Shown one piece after another: positions 36,846-46,031 of a stretch of DNA of 64,000 nt (position 1 is its first letter; each line of letters starts with the position of its first letter). Under the pieces are notes generated by a model. The model did no database searches, had not been told where the DNA came from, and saw nothing but the letters and a program-made list of their open reading frames with translations. The translations under genes and the position numbers were made by a program. The stretch is from Planctomycetota bacterium (GTDB taxonomy: Bacteria > Planctomycetota > Planctomycetia > Pirellulales > UBA7805): contig JAIOPX010000077.1 of the NCBI GenBank assembly GCA_021413705.1, positions 12,026-76,025 on the forward strand. The letters are read 5' to 3'.

Positions 36846-38141
36846 TCAGATCGAGTTGACGTGCTCTGCCGCTGGCCGCTCGAAGGTCGGCTCCTCGACC
36901 GTCACACGGACTACTTCTTCGCCAAGTTTGTTGTAGCCGATGACCGTATCATTGAAGATTTCCTGGGTCTTGCTGCTGCCATCAGGCATGGTCACCTGCA
37001 CCTCAGCGACCTTGGGCCCCTGTTTGATTTCAAAACGAAAAACGATCTGTTGGCTCGCGCGGAACAACTGCAATACGGCGAGCAGTTCACGGTCGGGACA
37101 GCTGTATTGCTCGATGGCGTGTTCCACGCCGGGACCGAACATCTGGACCAGGTAGCCGCGAGGCACCCAGCGGGGCGGGATATAGAAGCCGTTCGGCTCC
37201 GTGCCGAATTGCGGGTAGAGTGGCAGAGCAATCTTCCGCTCTCGGATCAAATAGTACAGCGGGTTCTGGGGATCCTTGGCCCACGTGCCGTCCTCGGCGA
37301 TTTTCACCAGTCCTTGCAGCCGGATCTTGCCGACGCAGGCCGCCATACAGCGCGTCTCGGCGGGAGCACCGGTGGGACTGATGGTGGGATCCTTCCCTTC
37401 GATCCGGGGGTAGCAGCCAACGCATTTTTCGCTGGTCCCGGTCGTCGGCCGATACATCGCCTTCTTATAGGGGCAGCCTTCCACGCACTTGCGATAGCCG
37501 CGGCAACGGCTCTGATCGATCAGCACGATACCGTCCTCGGGGCGCTTGTAGATGGCGTTGCGAGGACAGGATCCCAGGCATCCCGGATAGGTGCAATGGT
37601 TGCAGATTCGGGCCAGATGAAAAAACCAAACTTTATGCTCGGGGAGTTGCGTGGAGGCACCAAATTGTTCCGCACGCTGGAATGTGCCCCCGGTGGCCGT
37701 GTCTTCGTGGATGTTGGGACTCCGCCACTCATCGTCGGTCGGCAGGTAGCCCAGCGCCTGTTGCGGGCCGTCGGGGCCGGGCTTCTTCTGCGCCGCCTCG
37801 AAGATCGTCAGACCCTCGAACGTGCCATAGGGCTTGCGATCCGGTTCGGCTGTAGACTTATTCCAGACCTGCTGGCCGGGGTTGGCCTCTTCAAGCATCG
37901 CGAGCAGCTTCGCGTCCCAATGTTGAGGATAACCGCCGTAGGGTTTGGTTTCGACATTATTCCACCACATTAATTCCTGACCCTTGGAGAACGTCCAAGT
38001 GCTCTTGCATGCCATGGTGCAGGTTTGGCAGCCGATGCAGCGATTCGGATTGAAGACGAAGGCAAACTGCCATTTCGGGTGCCGTTCTTCATGCGGATAA
38101 CCCATTTCCCGCCCGAGCTGCCAGTTATAGACGTTGGCCAT
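36846..38141 (-). CDS. Fe-S beta subunit of a type II DMSO-reductase-family enzyme (NxrB/NarH-like)
   Basis: CIGCQTCTMACK, CNHCTYPGCLGSCP, CRGYRKCVEGCP and CVGCYPRIEG. MWWNNVETKPYGGYP block. 431 aa. Confidence 0.88.
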   Translation of the reverse strand: MANVYNWQLGREMGYPHEERHPKWQFAFVFNPNRCIGCQTCTMACKSTWTFSKGQELMWWNNVETKPYGGYPQHWDAKLLAMLEEANPGQQVWNKSTAEPDRKPYGTFEGLTIFEAAQKKPGPDGPQQALGYLPTDDEWRSPNIHEDTATGGTFQRAEQFGASTQLPEHKVWFFHLARICNHCTYPGCLGSCPRNAIYKRPEDGIVLIDQSRCRGYRKCVEGCPYKKAMYRPTTGTSEKCVGCYPRIEGKDPTISPTGAPAETRCMAACVGKIRLQGLVKIAEDGTWAKDPQNPLYYLIRERKIALPLYPQFGTEPNGFYIPPRWVPRGYLVQMFGPGVEHAIEQYSCPDRELLAVLQLFRASQQIVFRFEIKQGPKVAEVQVTMPDGSSKTQEIFNDTVIGYNKLGEEVVRVTVEEPTFERPAAEHVNSI

Positions 38142-38153
38142 GGTCGCCTTTCC

Positions 38154-38525
38154 TTACGCGTTAGGCGGCAGTGTAATCTGCACCAGCCGCTCGGAGAGCG
38201 GTTGACTGTGCGTGGTGGTCACTCTCACAACTCCGCAGCGCGCCAGGATCGCCCTGATCCGCTCTTTCAGCGGCTCCTCCCCCAAGAGCCTCCACAAACC
38301 GTGGAACCCCGTATAAAAAGGGTCGCGGGACAGTGTCATGAGCGCGTCGAGCCCATTTCCCATCCGGGCATATTCCTCGACCAGCAGGCGCAGCATCAGT
38401 TCCGGGTCACCATCGACCTCGACACCGCTGAGTTCCAGAGGATCCTCCGGCAGCATCTCGCGCGAAACAGGATGCACCTTGGGCCCAATGTTGTTCAGAT
38501 CATCTAGCATGACACTGCTCCCCAT
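38154..38525 (-). CDS. small hypothetical protein between the alpha and beta subunit genes
   Basis: 123-aa ORF, tightly packed (20 nt after the alpha stop, 12 nt before the beta start). No signal peptide or motif recognised. Confidence 0.5.
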   Translation of the reverse strand: MGSSVMLDDLNNIGPKVHPVSREMLPEDPLELSGVEVDGDPELMLRLLVEEYARMGNGLDALMTLSRDPFYTGFHGLWRLLGEEPLKERIRAILARCGVVRVTTTHSQPLSERLVQITLPPNA

Positions 38526-38545
38526 GCGATTTCGTCACGTTCGGG

Positions 38546-41500
38546 TTATTCTTTGATCTTGATCAGCGCGCCGGTCAAATACGCTTCACTCTCGGGCGTC
38601 TTTTCACCTGGACTATAGCCGCTCTGCCCCGGCTTCCAGACGCCCACCCCGTCCAGGCCGCCACTTTCCGCCTTGGTGATTCGGACGAGCGTTTCTTTCG
38701 GCACCGTGTTGATGGCGTGGTTGTCGATATCCGCACCAAAGGTGAACGCCATACTGCCGGTCTTCTTGTGAAACAGGCTATCCGTCTGGTGCATGGGCAT
38801 CATCCAGTTGCGGGTGATGCTTTGATGCGAGCCATAGCGGTAGCTGGCCTGGTAACCGGTTTCCGCAGACAGGGCACGGCCGTCGGCGCGGGTTTCATGG
38901 GCGCGCACGGTTCGTTCCGTGGCAATCCAGCCCGTGTGCTTCATGATCGTGAACGTGTAGGGGAGCCCCGGATTGAGCTTCACGCGGACCATGCAGCGGA
39001 AGGCTTTATGGCGCGGACCTTTGTCGTCTTTCCAGCCGATGTAGGGGCGATCCAGTTCATTGGCGTCGACGTAGACATAGTCCCCTTCATGCAGTCCCAG
39101 GTCGGCGGCCGCCTGGGGGTTCATCTGAATCTGTCGATCCGCCACGCCTGGCGCCCGCTTGTCGGTGCGGTGCGGATCGCCAAAGTTATCGCTCCACAGC
39201 CAGTGCCAATCGACGGTGGACCAGGATGAGTGGGTCGAATGGCGGCTCTTGGGTGTGCTGCAGAAGAATTGATATCCCTGCTTCCAAAGCGGGTTGACGG
39301 TTTGCTTGACCTCCGCCCAGGGCAGCTTGACGTTGCGCACTTGGCGCAAGTCAGGATCAGCCGTGTCGGCCGGAATACCAAAGTCAGCGGGTCGCACAAA
39401 TGGGCTGGTAGAAACGATGACGTTCGGCAGATAGGGAGTCGCCTCGACTCCTTCGCGGTGGACGATCAGGTTTTCGCCATACTCGATAGCCTCGGGCAGA
39501 TCGCAATAGCTGGCCAGCCGCCCGCAATCCGTGTAGAACGGGATGGAATCGTGTACTTGCTCCCAGAACGGTACGCGCGGGTAGGTGCGAAACAGCATCA
39601 GTGCCGCGCCGGGCTCGCCTCCATATTCTCCGGCAATCATCTTGTCGACCTGATAAGGACCGTCCTTGCCGCGCGTCGTCGTGGAATTGTCAAAGACACG
39701 TTGCAGATAGACTTTGGCCTTTTTCTCCGTAACAAATTTGAAATAATCGGCGAACCGGCGATCGCCGGTCTTCTTCGCCAGGGCACGGGCGACGCCGGCG
39801 AACACTTCAGCGTCGTCCACCGAATCGTGAACCGGCTTGATGCCTCCCTTCCAGACCTGGATGAAGGGATTCGAGCAGGAGCCGCCGCATTCGTAGTCCT
39901 CCTGCTCGACCCAGGAATTGACCGGCAGCACCACGTCGGCGTATTCGGCGCTGCCGGTCCATTCGATCTGTTGGTCGACGATCATGTCAACTTTAGGCAG
40001 CACGTTGACAATGATATTGTAGATCCACTTAGACTGGTTCAAGAAGTTGGCGTTGTTGTACCAGATCACCTTGGTGGGGGTTGGCAGGTGCGTCTTGCCA
40101 GTGAAGTTGCGACGGCCGCCTTTGGGCAAATCGACCGTCGTCGTCCTCTCTCCACAGGCCCAGTAAGACGGATCCTCGCCATCGCTCAGGTGTCGCAGAT
40201 GTTCGTGCGTGATTCGCGTTGCTTCGTCGAGGACGGGATGGAAAGGATCTTCATGCGTGTAACTGCCGACTCCCGGCCCGCTCCAAGGGGAGGCCTGCAT
40301 CAGCGCTCCCTTGTAGTTGCCGGCCCAGGTGAAGCAGCCGGCACCATGCCGGCCGATGTTTCCGGTGAGCATCACGGGCAGGTAAGCGGCTCGATTGTGG
40401 AGGGTGGCATGGAAATAGTGGTTGACACCTTCACCGATGTGGATCGCTACGGGATGGCCTGCCTCGGTCGTTTTCCAGATGTCCTCGGCCAAGCGACGGA
40501 CCAGATGTGCGGGCGCGCCGGAGATCTCCTCGACCGTTTTTTCGTCGTAGTCCCGCAAATGCCGCTTATACATTTCCAGGATCGGCATCACTTCAACCTG
40601 GCGACCGTCGGCGAGTTGGACCTGGTAGGTTCCTTCCAAGGCGGCCGCCACATTCAAATTCTTGCCTACCTCATCACGGCTGATGAAGACCACTCGCTTG
40701 CCAGCGGTGTCCCACACACAAAAGTCGCCGATGCGCCGCCGCTGTGAATCCGTCAGCCCCTGGATTTTGTAGGAGGGACCGGCCGAGATGTCCTTGGGGC
40801 GATAGCCGGCCATCACGTCCTCGGGCCGCAGCCTGCGAAGCGTATCGGTTCGCACGAGCAGCGGGAAATCCGTGAACTGGCGGCAGAAATCTGGTTTGTA
40901 CCAGTGGTTGTCGAGCATGATTTTCGTCACGCCCAAGAGTACCGAGGTATCGCTTAGCCCCGGCCGTACGCCGATCCAGTAATCACTCTTGGTGGCCGGG
41001 CAGTTGTATTCCGGGGCGATGTCCACCAGTCGGCCGCCGCGCTCCATAACTTCATTGAGCCAATGCGACTCGGGCATCTTGTTTTCGATCAGGTTCTTGC
41101 CGATTTGGATCACCAGCTTGGAAAACCGCAGGTCATTGAAATCCATGTCGGCGGTCTGCAAGCCATGCACAAACGGCTGCCCGGGCGCCTGGTCGCCGCG
41201 CCAGGTGTACTCGTTCCAGTCGCGCGCGCCGTGCGCTTTTTCTGCCGGCACGCCGCGGACATGATGATCCAAGAGTCCCAGCAGGTTGGCGAAACGATAG
41301 ATGCCGAACTTCCCCACGATGCCGTGGATTGGCAAGTTGGAGCCCATCTTGATCACGCGTGTGCCGGCCCCTTCCACCTTGTCGATCATCACCTGCTCGT
41401 AGCCGTCGCGCTTCAGTCGCTCGACACCATCAGCGCCGCTGTACGTGCGGGACACCGCTTCCAGACCGGCCGCCACATAGTCGGATATCTCCCCCCAACT

Positions 41501-42016
41501 GAGCCGCACATAGCCATCGTTGCCCCGGTCATCGAATTTGTACTTGCTCCGGAGTTCAGGGTTCTCCGAAAGCGAGGGGAACCCGGCGTCGGCCCAATCC
41601 TTCCATCCTTTGCGCAATACCGGGCCCTTCAGCCGGTACGGGCCATAGACCCGCCGTTGCATGGTAAATCCCTTGGGGCAGCCACGAGGATTCCAGGCCT
41701 TGGTGGCCTTGTTGCCATACAGATCGCCGTAGCGGTCATGATCGTAATTTTGCTCGCTGCGAATCATCACGCCGTTGCGGACATACGCTCGCAGCCGGCA
41801 CATGTGCGTATCGTTCGGAGCGCAGACCCAAGTAAAGGTCCGGTCATAGCGGTACTGATCAAGATAAATCTTCTCCCAATCGCGGCTGGGATAGGCGCCC
41901 AGTGGGCTTTCACCGCTGACAGGAGCGAACGCCCAGCCCTGCGCTCCCTGAGCCAGCAACACGCTACCGCCGGTAGCCGCGCAAGATTTCAGGAAGTGAC
42001 GTCTTGAGATGGTCAT
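38546..42016 (-). CDS. molybdopterin alpha subunit, Tat-exported (NxrA / periplasmic NarG-like)
   Basis: MTISRRHFLKSCAATGG..AQGAQGWA is a Tat signal (start 42016). VCAPNDTHMCRLRAYVRNGVM is the N-terminal Fe-S region. About 1156 aa, larger than Pcr/Ser/Ebd alpha subunits. Confidence 0.88.
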   Translation of the reverse strand: MTISRRHFLKSCAATGGSVLLAQGAQGWAFAPVSGESPLGAYPSRDWEKIYLDQYRYDRTFTWVCAPNDTHMCRLRAYVRNGVMIRSEQNYDHDRYGDLYGNKATKAWNPRGCPKGFTMQRRVYGPYRLKGPVLRKGWKDWADAGFPSLSENPELRSKYKFDDRGNDGYVRLSWGEISDYVAAGLEAVSRTYSGADGVERLKRDGYEQVMIDKVEGAGTRVIKMGSNLPIHGIVGKFGIYRFANLLGLLDHHVRGVPAEKAHGARDWNEYTWRGDQAPGQPFVHGLQTADMDFNDLRFSKLVIQIGKNLIENKMPESHWLNEVMERGGRLVDIAPEYNCPATKSDYWIGVRPGLSDTSVLLGVTKIMLDNHWYKPDFCRQFTDFPLLVRTDTLRRLRPEDVMAGYRPKDISAGPSYKIQGLTDSQRRRIGDFCVWDTAGKRVVFISRDEVGKNLNVAAALEGTYQVQLADGRQVEVMPILEMYKRHLRDYDEKTVEEISGAPAHLVRRLAEDIWKTTEAGHPVAIHIGEGVNHYFHATLHNRAAYLPVMLTGNIGRHGAGCFTWAGNYKGALMQASPWSGPGVGSYTHEDPFHPVLDEATRITHEHLRHLSDGEDPSYWACGERTTTVDLPKGGRRNFTGKTHLPTPTKVIWYNNANFLNQSKWIYNIIVNVLPKVDMIVDQQIEWTGSAEYADVVLPVNSWVEQEDYECGGSCSNPFIQVWKGGIKPVHDSVDDAEVFAGVARALAKKTGDRRFADYFKFVTEKKAKVYLQRVFDNSTTTRGKDGPYQVDKMIAGEYGGEPGAALMLFRTYPRVPFWEQVHDSIPFYTDCGRLASYCDLPEAIEYGENLIVHREGVEATPYLPNVIVSTSPFVRPADFGIPADTADPDLRQVRNVKLPWAEVKQTVNPLWKQGYQFFCSTPKSRHSTHSSWSTVDWHWLWSDNFGDPHRTDKRAPGVADRQIQMNPQAAADLGLHEGDYVYVDANELDRPYIGWKDDKGPRHKAFRCMVRVKLNPGLPYTFTIMKHTGWIATERTVRAHETRADGRALSAETGYQASYRYGSHQSITRNWMMPMHQTDSLFHKKTGSMAFTFGADIDNHAINTVPKETLVRITKAESGGLDGVGVWKPGQSGYSPGEKTPESEAYLTGALIKIKE

Positions 42017-42064
42017 GTCAGTTGTTCCTTGAACCATCCTGCCTGACGGCCGTATTGCGGCTCC

Positions 42065-43792
42065 TCAGTGGGGTGGCTTCTCCAAAAGCAAATCCTGCCA
42101 GATGCTGATCAACTTCTGTCCGTTGCGGTCGCGATGATCCCCATCCCAGACTGCCAGCGCAATCGAGGCCCGCTCACCCGGCACCAACGACACGCCGGAT
42201 GCTCCCTCAACGACGAGCGGGCGCGTCATCACGACGGTCCAACGACCCTCCCGCCATTGCCCGCGGGCGGTCACCAGGCGACTCTTCGGCAACCGGAACG
42301 CCACGCTTCCCGGCCCGCTGGCCGTGAGCGACGAACTGCCGGATGCACCGGCGGCCGGCACAACAGGGTTGCCGCTGGCCTTGGCCGGCAGCGAAATATC
42401 GGGTTGTTCCTTCCGCTGCGTGCCAGGCCGCTGATATTCGGCGGTGGAAACGGTTTTTTCGCTCAACGGATATTGATCCACCACGGTGCGAGGATAGATC
42501 TGCTCGACATCGGGCGGGCCGGTCGGCGGTTCCGCCTGCCAAAACCACACGTCAACCGGCGCGTCGGTCGAGCCCATCCCCAGAAATGGCTCGACTGTGC
42601 CACGGTACAACTCGACTGCGATCGCATCGCGGAACGCCTGGGTGCGGGCCGCGTCGCTGTTGGATGTCGCATCCTGCCAGCGGAGCCGGATGGCAATGTC
42701 GCGTCCGTCGTGGACCGCTTGCACAGTCAGCCCGGGATCAGCGTCATCGCGCCACCACAGCGGTGTCATTCGTAGCCGCACCGCAGGACTCATCTCCCAT
42801 TGCGACGAGGCCTGATCTCCGGGCAGTTTAGCAACATACTTGGCCACAATTTGCTCACGCTTCAATAGCGACGCTTCGCGCTGTGCATCGGTGGAGAGCG
42901 ACCGCAGAAAATTCACGAGATCGGTTATCTCTTCCGGTTTAAGGTTGGCACTGGCGGGCATGGGAGTACCGGGCATCCCTAGAGCGATCCGACGATAGAA
43001 GGAGGTTGGGTCCGGGCTCCCCTTGTAAATGCCACGGGTCAAATCGCGGGGGCGTGTCGGCAATCCCTCCGCGTCAACCATCTTCTGCTGCCCATCTCCG
43101 CGCCCTTCGTTGCCATGGCACGAATGACAACTCTGCTTGACATACAGCTCCTTGCCGCGAGCGATACTCTTGGCATCCGGGGGGCCGATGGCCGGCACGG
43201 CGAATACCGCGGCGGGCAGGGTGCGGTTCTCGACGAATTGTTTGACTTCTTGCTCGTCAATTTGCTCTTCCCCCTGCTCCTTCAGGGTACGGATGATTTC
43301 TTCACGCGCGCCCTCGCGACGAAATCGCAACACTTCATCCACCAGCAGCGATCGATCCCGCGGGCTCAGATGGGCCCAGGAAGGCATAGCCGATCCGGGC
43401 ATTCCTCGCACCAACATCGCCTCGATATCCTCCCGAGATGGCACGCCGTTGACCGTGCTGACAAGCCGGTAAGGACTTGCACGGAGGTTGCGTGGCTTGG
43501 GGTAGATAAATCTGGCGGCCAGACCCTGCCCGTCTCCTTGATCGCCGTGGCACGCCGCACAGTGCCGGGTGTAGAGTTCGGTAGCGGTGAGAGGTTTGGT
43601 GGCCACAGCTACAGGGACCGCAGTTTCTCCCGAAGTTCGCTGTCCGCCGACCCCAGCATCACCCCTCGTCGTGTCCTGACGTGGGGTCGGTGGGGGAGCG
43701 GATGGTTGACAGCCGACAGCCATCCACGCCAGGAATGCGCAGATCATGAACTCAATTCTGTCGCGTTTGAGTCCTTCCGCCATCATTCCCAT
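42065..43792 (-). CDS. gamma subunit: lipoprotein with two cytochrome c domains fused to an EB_dh/DOMON-like haem-b domain
   Basis: The lipobox-like WMAVGC is followed by CAACHGDQGDG and CHSCHGNEGRG. The C-terminal ...IALAVWDGDHRDRNGQKLISIW is typical of ethylbenzene-dehydrogenase gamma-like domains. Confidence 0.75.
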   Translation of the reverse strand: MGMMAEGLKRDRIEFMICAFLAWMAVGCQPSAPPPTPRQDTTRGDAGVGGQRTSGETAVPVAVATKPLTATELYTRHCAACHGDQGDGQGLAARFIYPKPRNLRASPYRLVSTVNGVPSREDIEAMLVRGMPGSAMPSWAHLSPRDRSLLVDEVLRFRREGAREEIIRTLKEQGEEQIDEQEVKQFVENRTLPAAVFAVPAIGPPDAKSIARGKELYVKQSCHSCHGNEGRGDGQQKMVDAEGLPTRPRDLTRGIYKGSPDPTSFYRRIALGMPGTPMPASANLKPEEITDLVNFLRSLSTDAQREASLLKREQIVAKYVAKLPGDQASSQWEMSPAVRLRMTPLWWRDDADPGLTVQAVHDGRDIAIRLRWQDATSNSDAARTQAFRDAIAVELYRGTVEPFLGMGSTDAPVDVWFWQAEPPTGPPDVEQIYPRTVVDQYPLSEKTVSTAEYQRPGTQRKEQPDISLPAKASGNPVVPAAGASGSSSLTASGPGSVAFRLPKSRLVTARGQWREGRWTVVMTRPLVVEGASGVSLVPGERASIALAVWDGDHRDRNGQKLISIWQDLLLEKPPH

Positions 43793-44080
43793 GACCCGCT
43801 CCGTCTAGTTGGCGTCAGTCCTTTCGACTGGCAATCGTTCTGTCATTGTCACCGCTTCGTGAGGAGTCAGCAGATGTCATGCCGAAGGCAGACTGCGTAT
43901 GCCGCTCCATGCAAGTGGGTGGATTTGCTTAACCGTCCTCAGTTCAAGGGTGCATAAGGTGTATTCGTTCGGCACGCACAGTGCGGCCTCGCACACTCTC
44001 TGGCCTGGTGAGCGAAGTTAGCAATTCCTTCGCAGTCGCCGATTACATTCGTAGCCAAAATCTGCAGGTAACCGGCAGGA

Positions 44081-44530
44081 TTACTCCGAATCGCCAAGAT
44101 CTCGCTCATAAGCTTCCTGAACTAACCCGTTCTCCATACGTTCGTGTTCCAGAAACTCTCCTAGGAAGTAGTAAAAGAGCTGCTCCAGTGCCTGCCAGCA
44201 GCGAGGCGATCCGCGGTGAACGCGACTGAGGGCACGGAATTGGTCCAGGGTGGTGCGAAACTCGGCATGTTGTTGCCGCAAAATGTCGATTTTTTGCTGG
44301 AGGCGCGGAGCCTCAGCGAGCACTTCAGAAAAATAACCTCCCTCCTCCTCTTCGTGGCCAAAGTGGGACTCGATCAGATTCGCCAAGCCTGTCATACGAA
44401 TCGTCAATTCGTGGCGATCCGCGTTTCTGGCCGCCAACAGCCTCTGAAACTGCTGTAACAGGCGGCGGAGTTCGTCATGCTCGTCGGCGATCTCATGGTC
44501 GGTGCCGCGATTGAGGTCTATTTTTGTCAT
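44081..44530 (-). CDS. hemerythrin-like (HHE cation-binding) domain protein
   Basis: Start is MTKIDL at 44530. DEHDEL..., H..HFGHEEEEGGYF and EFLEHERMEN are di-iron His/Glu motifs. Confidence 0.7.
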   Translation of the reverse strand: MTKIDLNRGTDHEIADEHDELRRLLQQFQRLLAARNADRHELTIRMTGLANLIESHFGHEEEEGGYFSEVLAEAPRLQQKIDILRQQHAEFRTTLDQFRALSRVHRGSPRCWQALEQLFYYFLGEFLEHERMENGLVQEAYERDLGDSE

Positions 44531-44555
44531 GACAACGTCTCCAGGAGGAATCGCC

Positions 44556-45035
44556 CTACCATGCCGCACAGTCCAAAACGCCCGGCGATGGCAGCGGCCC
44601 AGACAAACAGGGAAATCGGCAGCCCAGTTTACGAGGCTGCGCGGTCAGCAGCTCGTCGATCGTGGTTGACTGGAAAGACTCTTCGACCAGCGCAACCGCG
44701 TTGTCGAGTCGCCGGTGCAGCGGGCAAAGCTGCTCCGCGTGTGCTTCCAGATCCAGCGGACACGTCCGGATTCGCTGCAAAGGATCCACTGTATTGACGA
44801 CGTCGAGTACGGTGAGTTCGGTTGCGGCCTTGACGAGCATAAAGCCCCCGTGCAGGCCGCGCTGCGATCGGACCATACCGGATCGGCACAGACTTTGCAT
44901 GACTTTGGAAAGGTACCCGCAGGGGACACGCGTCGCACTGGCAATTTCGGCTGTCGTGGCCGGTTCGTCGTGTCGCGCAAGGAAAACGATCGCTCGCAGG
45001 GCGTATTCGGCGGTTTGGGAAATCATGGTTGGCAT
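44556..45035 (-). CDS. Rrf2-family transcriptional regulator (second NsrR-like copy)
   Basis: MISQTAEYALRAIVFLA...SQRGLHGGFMLV and CPLDLEAHAEQLCPLHRR (three Cys). An alternative start is at 45026. Confidence 0.85.
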   Translation of the reverse strand: MPTMISQTAEYALRAIVFLARHDEPATTAEIASATRVPCGYLSKVMQSLCRSGMVRSQRGLHGGFMLVKAATELTVLDVVNTVDPLQRIRTCPLDLEAHAEQLCPLHRRLDNAVALVEESFQSTTIDELLTAQPRKLGCRFPCLSGPLPSPGVLDCAAW

Positions 45036-45063
45036 TTCGTAAAATCGACCTTAATTGGATATC

Positions 45064-45079
45064 TGGATCTTGACATCCA
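45064..45079 (+). promoter_or_regulatory. Rrf2/NsrR-type operator candidate overlapping the -35 box of the ytfE promoter
   Basis: TGGATCTTGACATCCA. TTGACA (45070..45075), a 16-nt spacer and TAGAAT (45092..45097), upstream of the ATG at 45196. Confidence 0.5.
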
Positions 45080-45195
45080 TAATACACCCGTTAGAATGTC
45101 CTTGTCAAGCGGGAACTTCCCCCGTGGCAGGTTGACGCGCGGATGGGAGTCGGACGGCTTACTTAAAAACGGACATTCCCGAGAGGAGAATTTCC

Positions 45196-45972
45196 ATGAG
45201 CAATACGGCACTGCTCCCTACTCCGCTGCCCCAGCAGCGGGTGGGAGATCTGGTTCGCGAGCGTCCGCTACTCGGAAGAGTCTTTGACGGCCTGGGCATC
45301 GACTACTGTTGCGGAGGCAACCGCACTCTGGCCGGCGCCTGTGCAGCGGCTGACGTGCCACTCGTGACAGCAATTGGGCTACTTAGCCAGTCCGATGGCG
45401 AATCATTGACTGCGTCTGAGGCAGACTGGTCTACGGCGTATCTCTCTGCGTTGATCGACCATGTCGTCGACAAGCACCATCGCTATTTGCGGGAGGAATT
45501 GCCGCGGCTAGCGGCCTTGCTTCCTCGCGTGATCAAAGCTCATGGCCAACAGCATCCCGAACTTCGCGAATTGGAGCAGGTTTTCGGAAAACTGGTCGAC
45601 GAACTGACGACCCATCTGCTCAAGGAGGAGCAGGTGTTGTTTCCCGCAGTGAAGCAATTGGAGGAGCGTCGACCTCATGAATCGACAAGGCAAGTCAGCC
45701 CCAGTCTCAGTATCCACCTGCCGATCGGCAGGATGGAAGACGAACATCGCTTCGTGGGGGGAGCCTTGCGGCGAATCCGCTGGTTGACTGGCGACTATCG
45801 GCCACCCCAGGACGCTTGCAGCACCTATCGGGTCTTGCTCGCTGGTTTGCACGACTTGGAGGCGGACCTGCATTTGCACATCCACAAGGAGAACAACATC
45901 CTGTTTCCTCGAGCAAAGCAGCTTTGGATAGAAATCGATACCGGCAGCATTCCAATCGAGGCGGATCGATGA
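45196..45972 (+). CDS. ytfE: iron-sulfur cluster repair di-iron protein (RIC, YtfE/ScdA family)
   Basis: N-terminal ScdA_N motif GIDYCCGGNRTL followed by hemerythrin-like H/E motifs (HHRYLREELP, HLLKEEQVLFP, HIHKENNILFP). Confidence 0.85.
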   Translation: MSNTALLPTPLPQQRVGDLVRERPLLGRVFDGLGIDYCCGGNRTLAGACAAADVPLVTAIGLLSQSDGESLTASEADWSTAYLSALIDHVVDKHHRYLREELPRLAALLPRVIKAHGQQHPELRELEQVFGKLVDELTTHLLKEEQVLFPAVKQLEERRPHESTRQVSPSLSIHLPIGRMEDEHRFVGGALRRIRWLTGDYRPPQDACSTYRVLLAGLHDLEADLHLHIHKENNILFPRAKQLWIEIDTGSIPIEADR

Positions 45973-46031
45973 TGCAGGGTTGGCCCGACTATCGGAAACT
46001 GCCCCCGTCCCGCACTTAGAGGAGATCAGCA

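Noticed and set aside
36861-37973. 370-aa plus-strand ORF
   Set aside because: It is antisense to the Fe-S beta subunit, which has four canonical Cys clusters, so it is a shadow frame.
39230-42007. Long plus-strand ORFs 39230..40747 (505 aa) and 41063..42007 (314 aa)
   Set aside because: They are antisense to the well-supported molybdopterin alpha subunit gene, carry no motifs and have shadow-ORF composition.
43793-44080. FNR/NarL-type boxes upstream of the Nxr-like operon and of the Rieske gene (31742..32115)
   Set aside because: No TTGAT-N4-ATCAA or copy of the Rrf2 operator was seen by eye, so I cannot support a regulatory site there.
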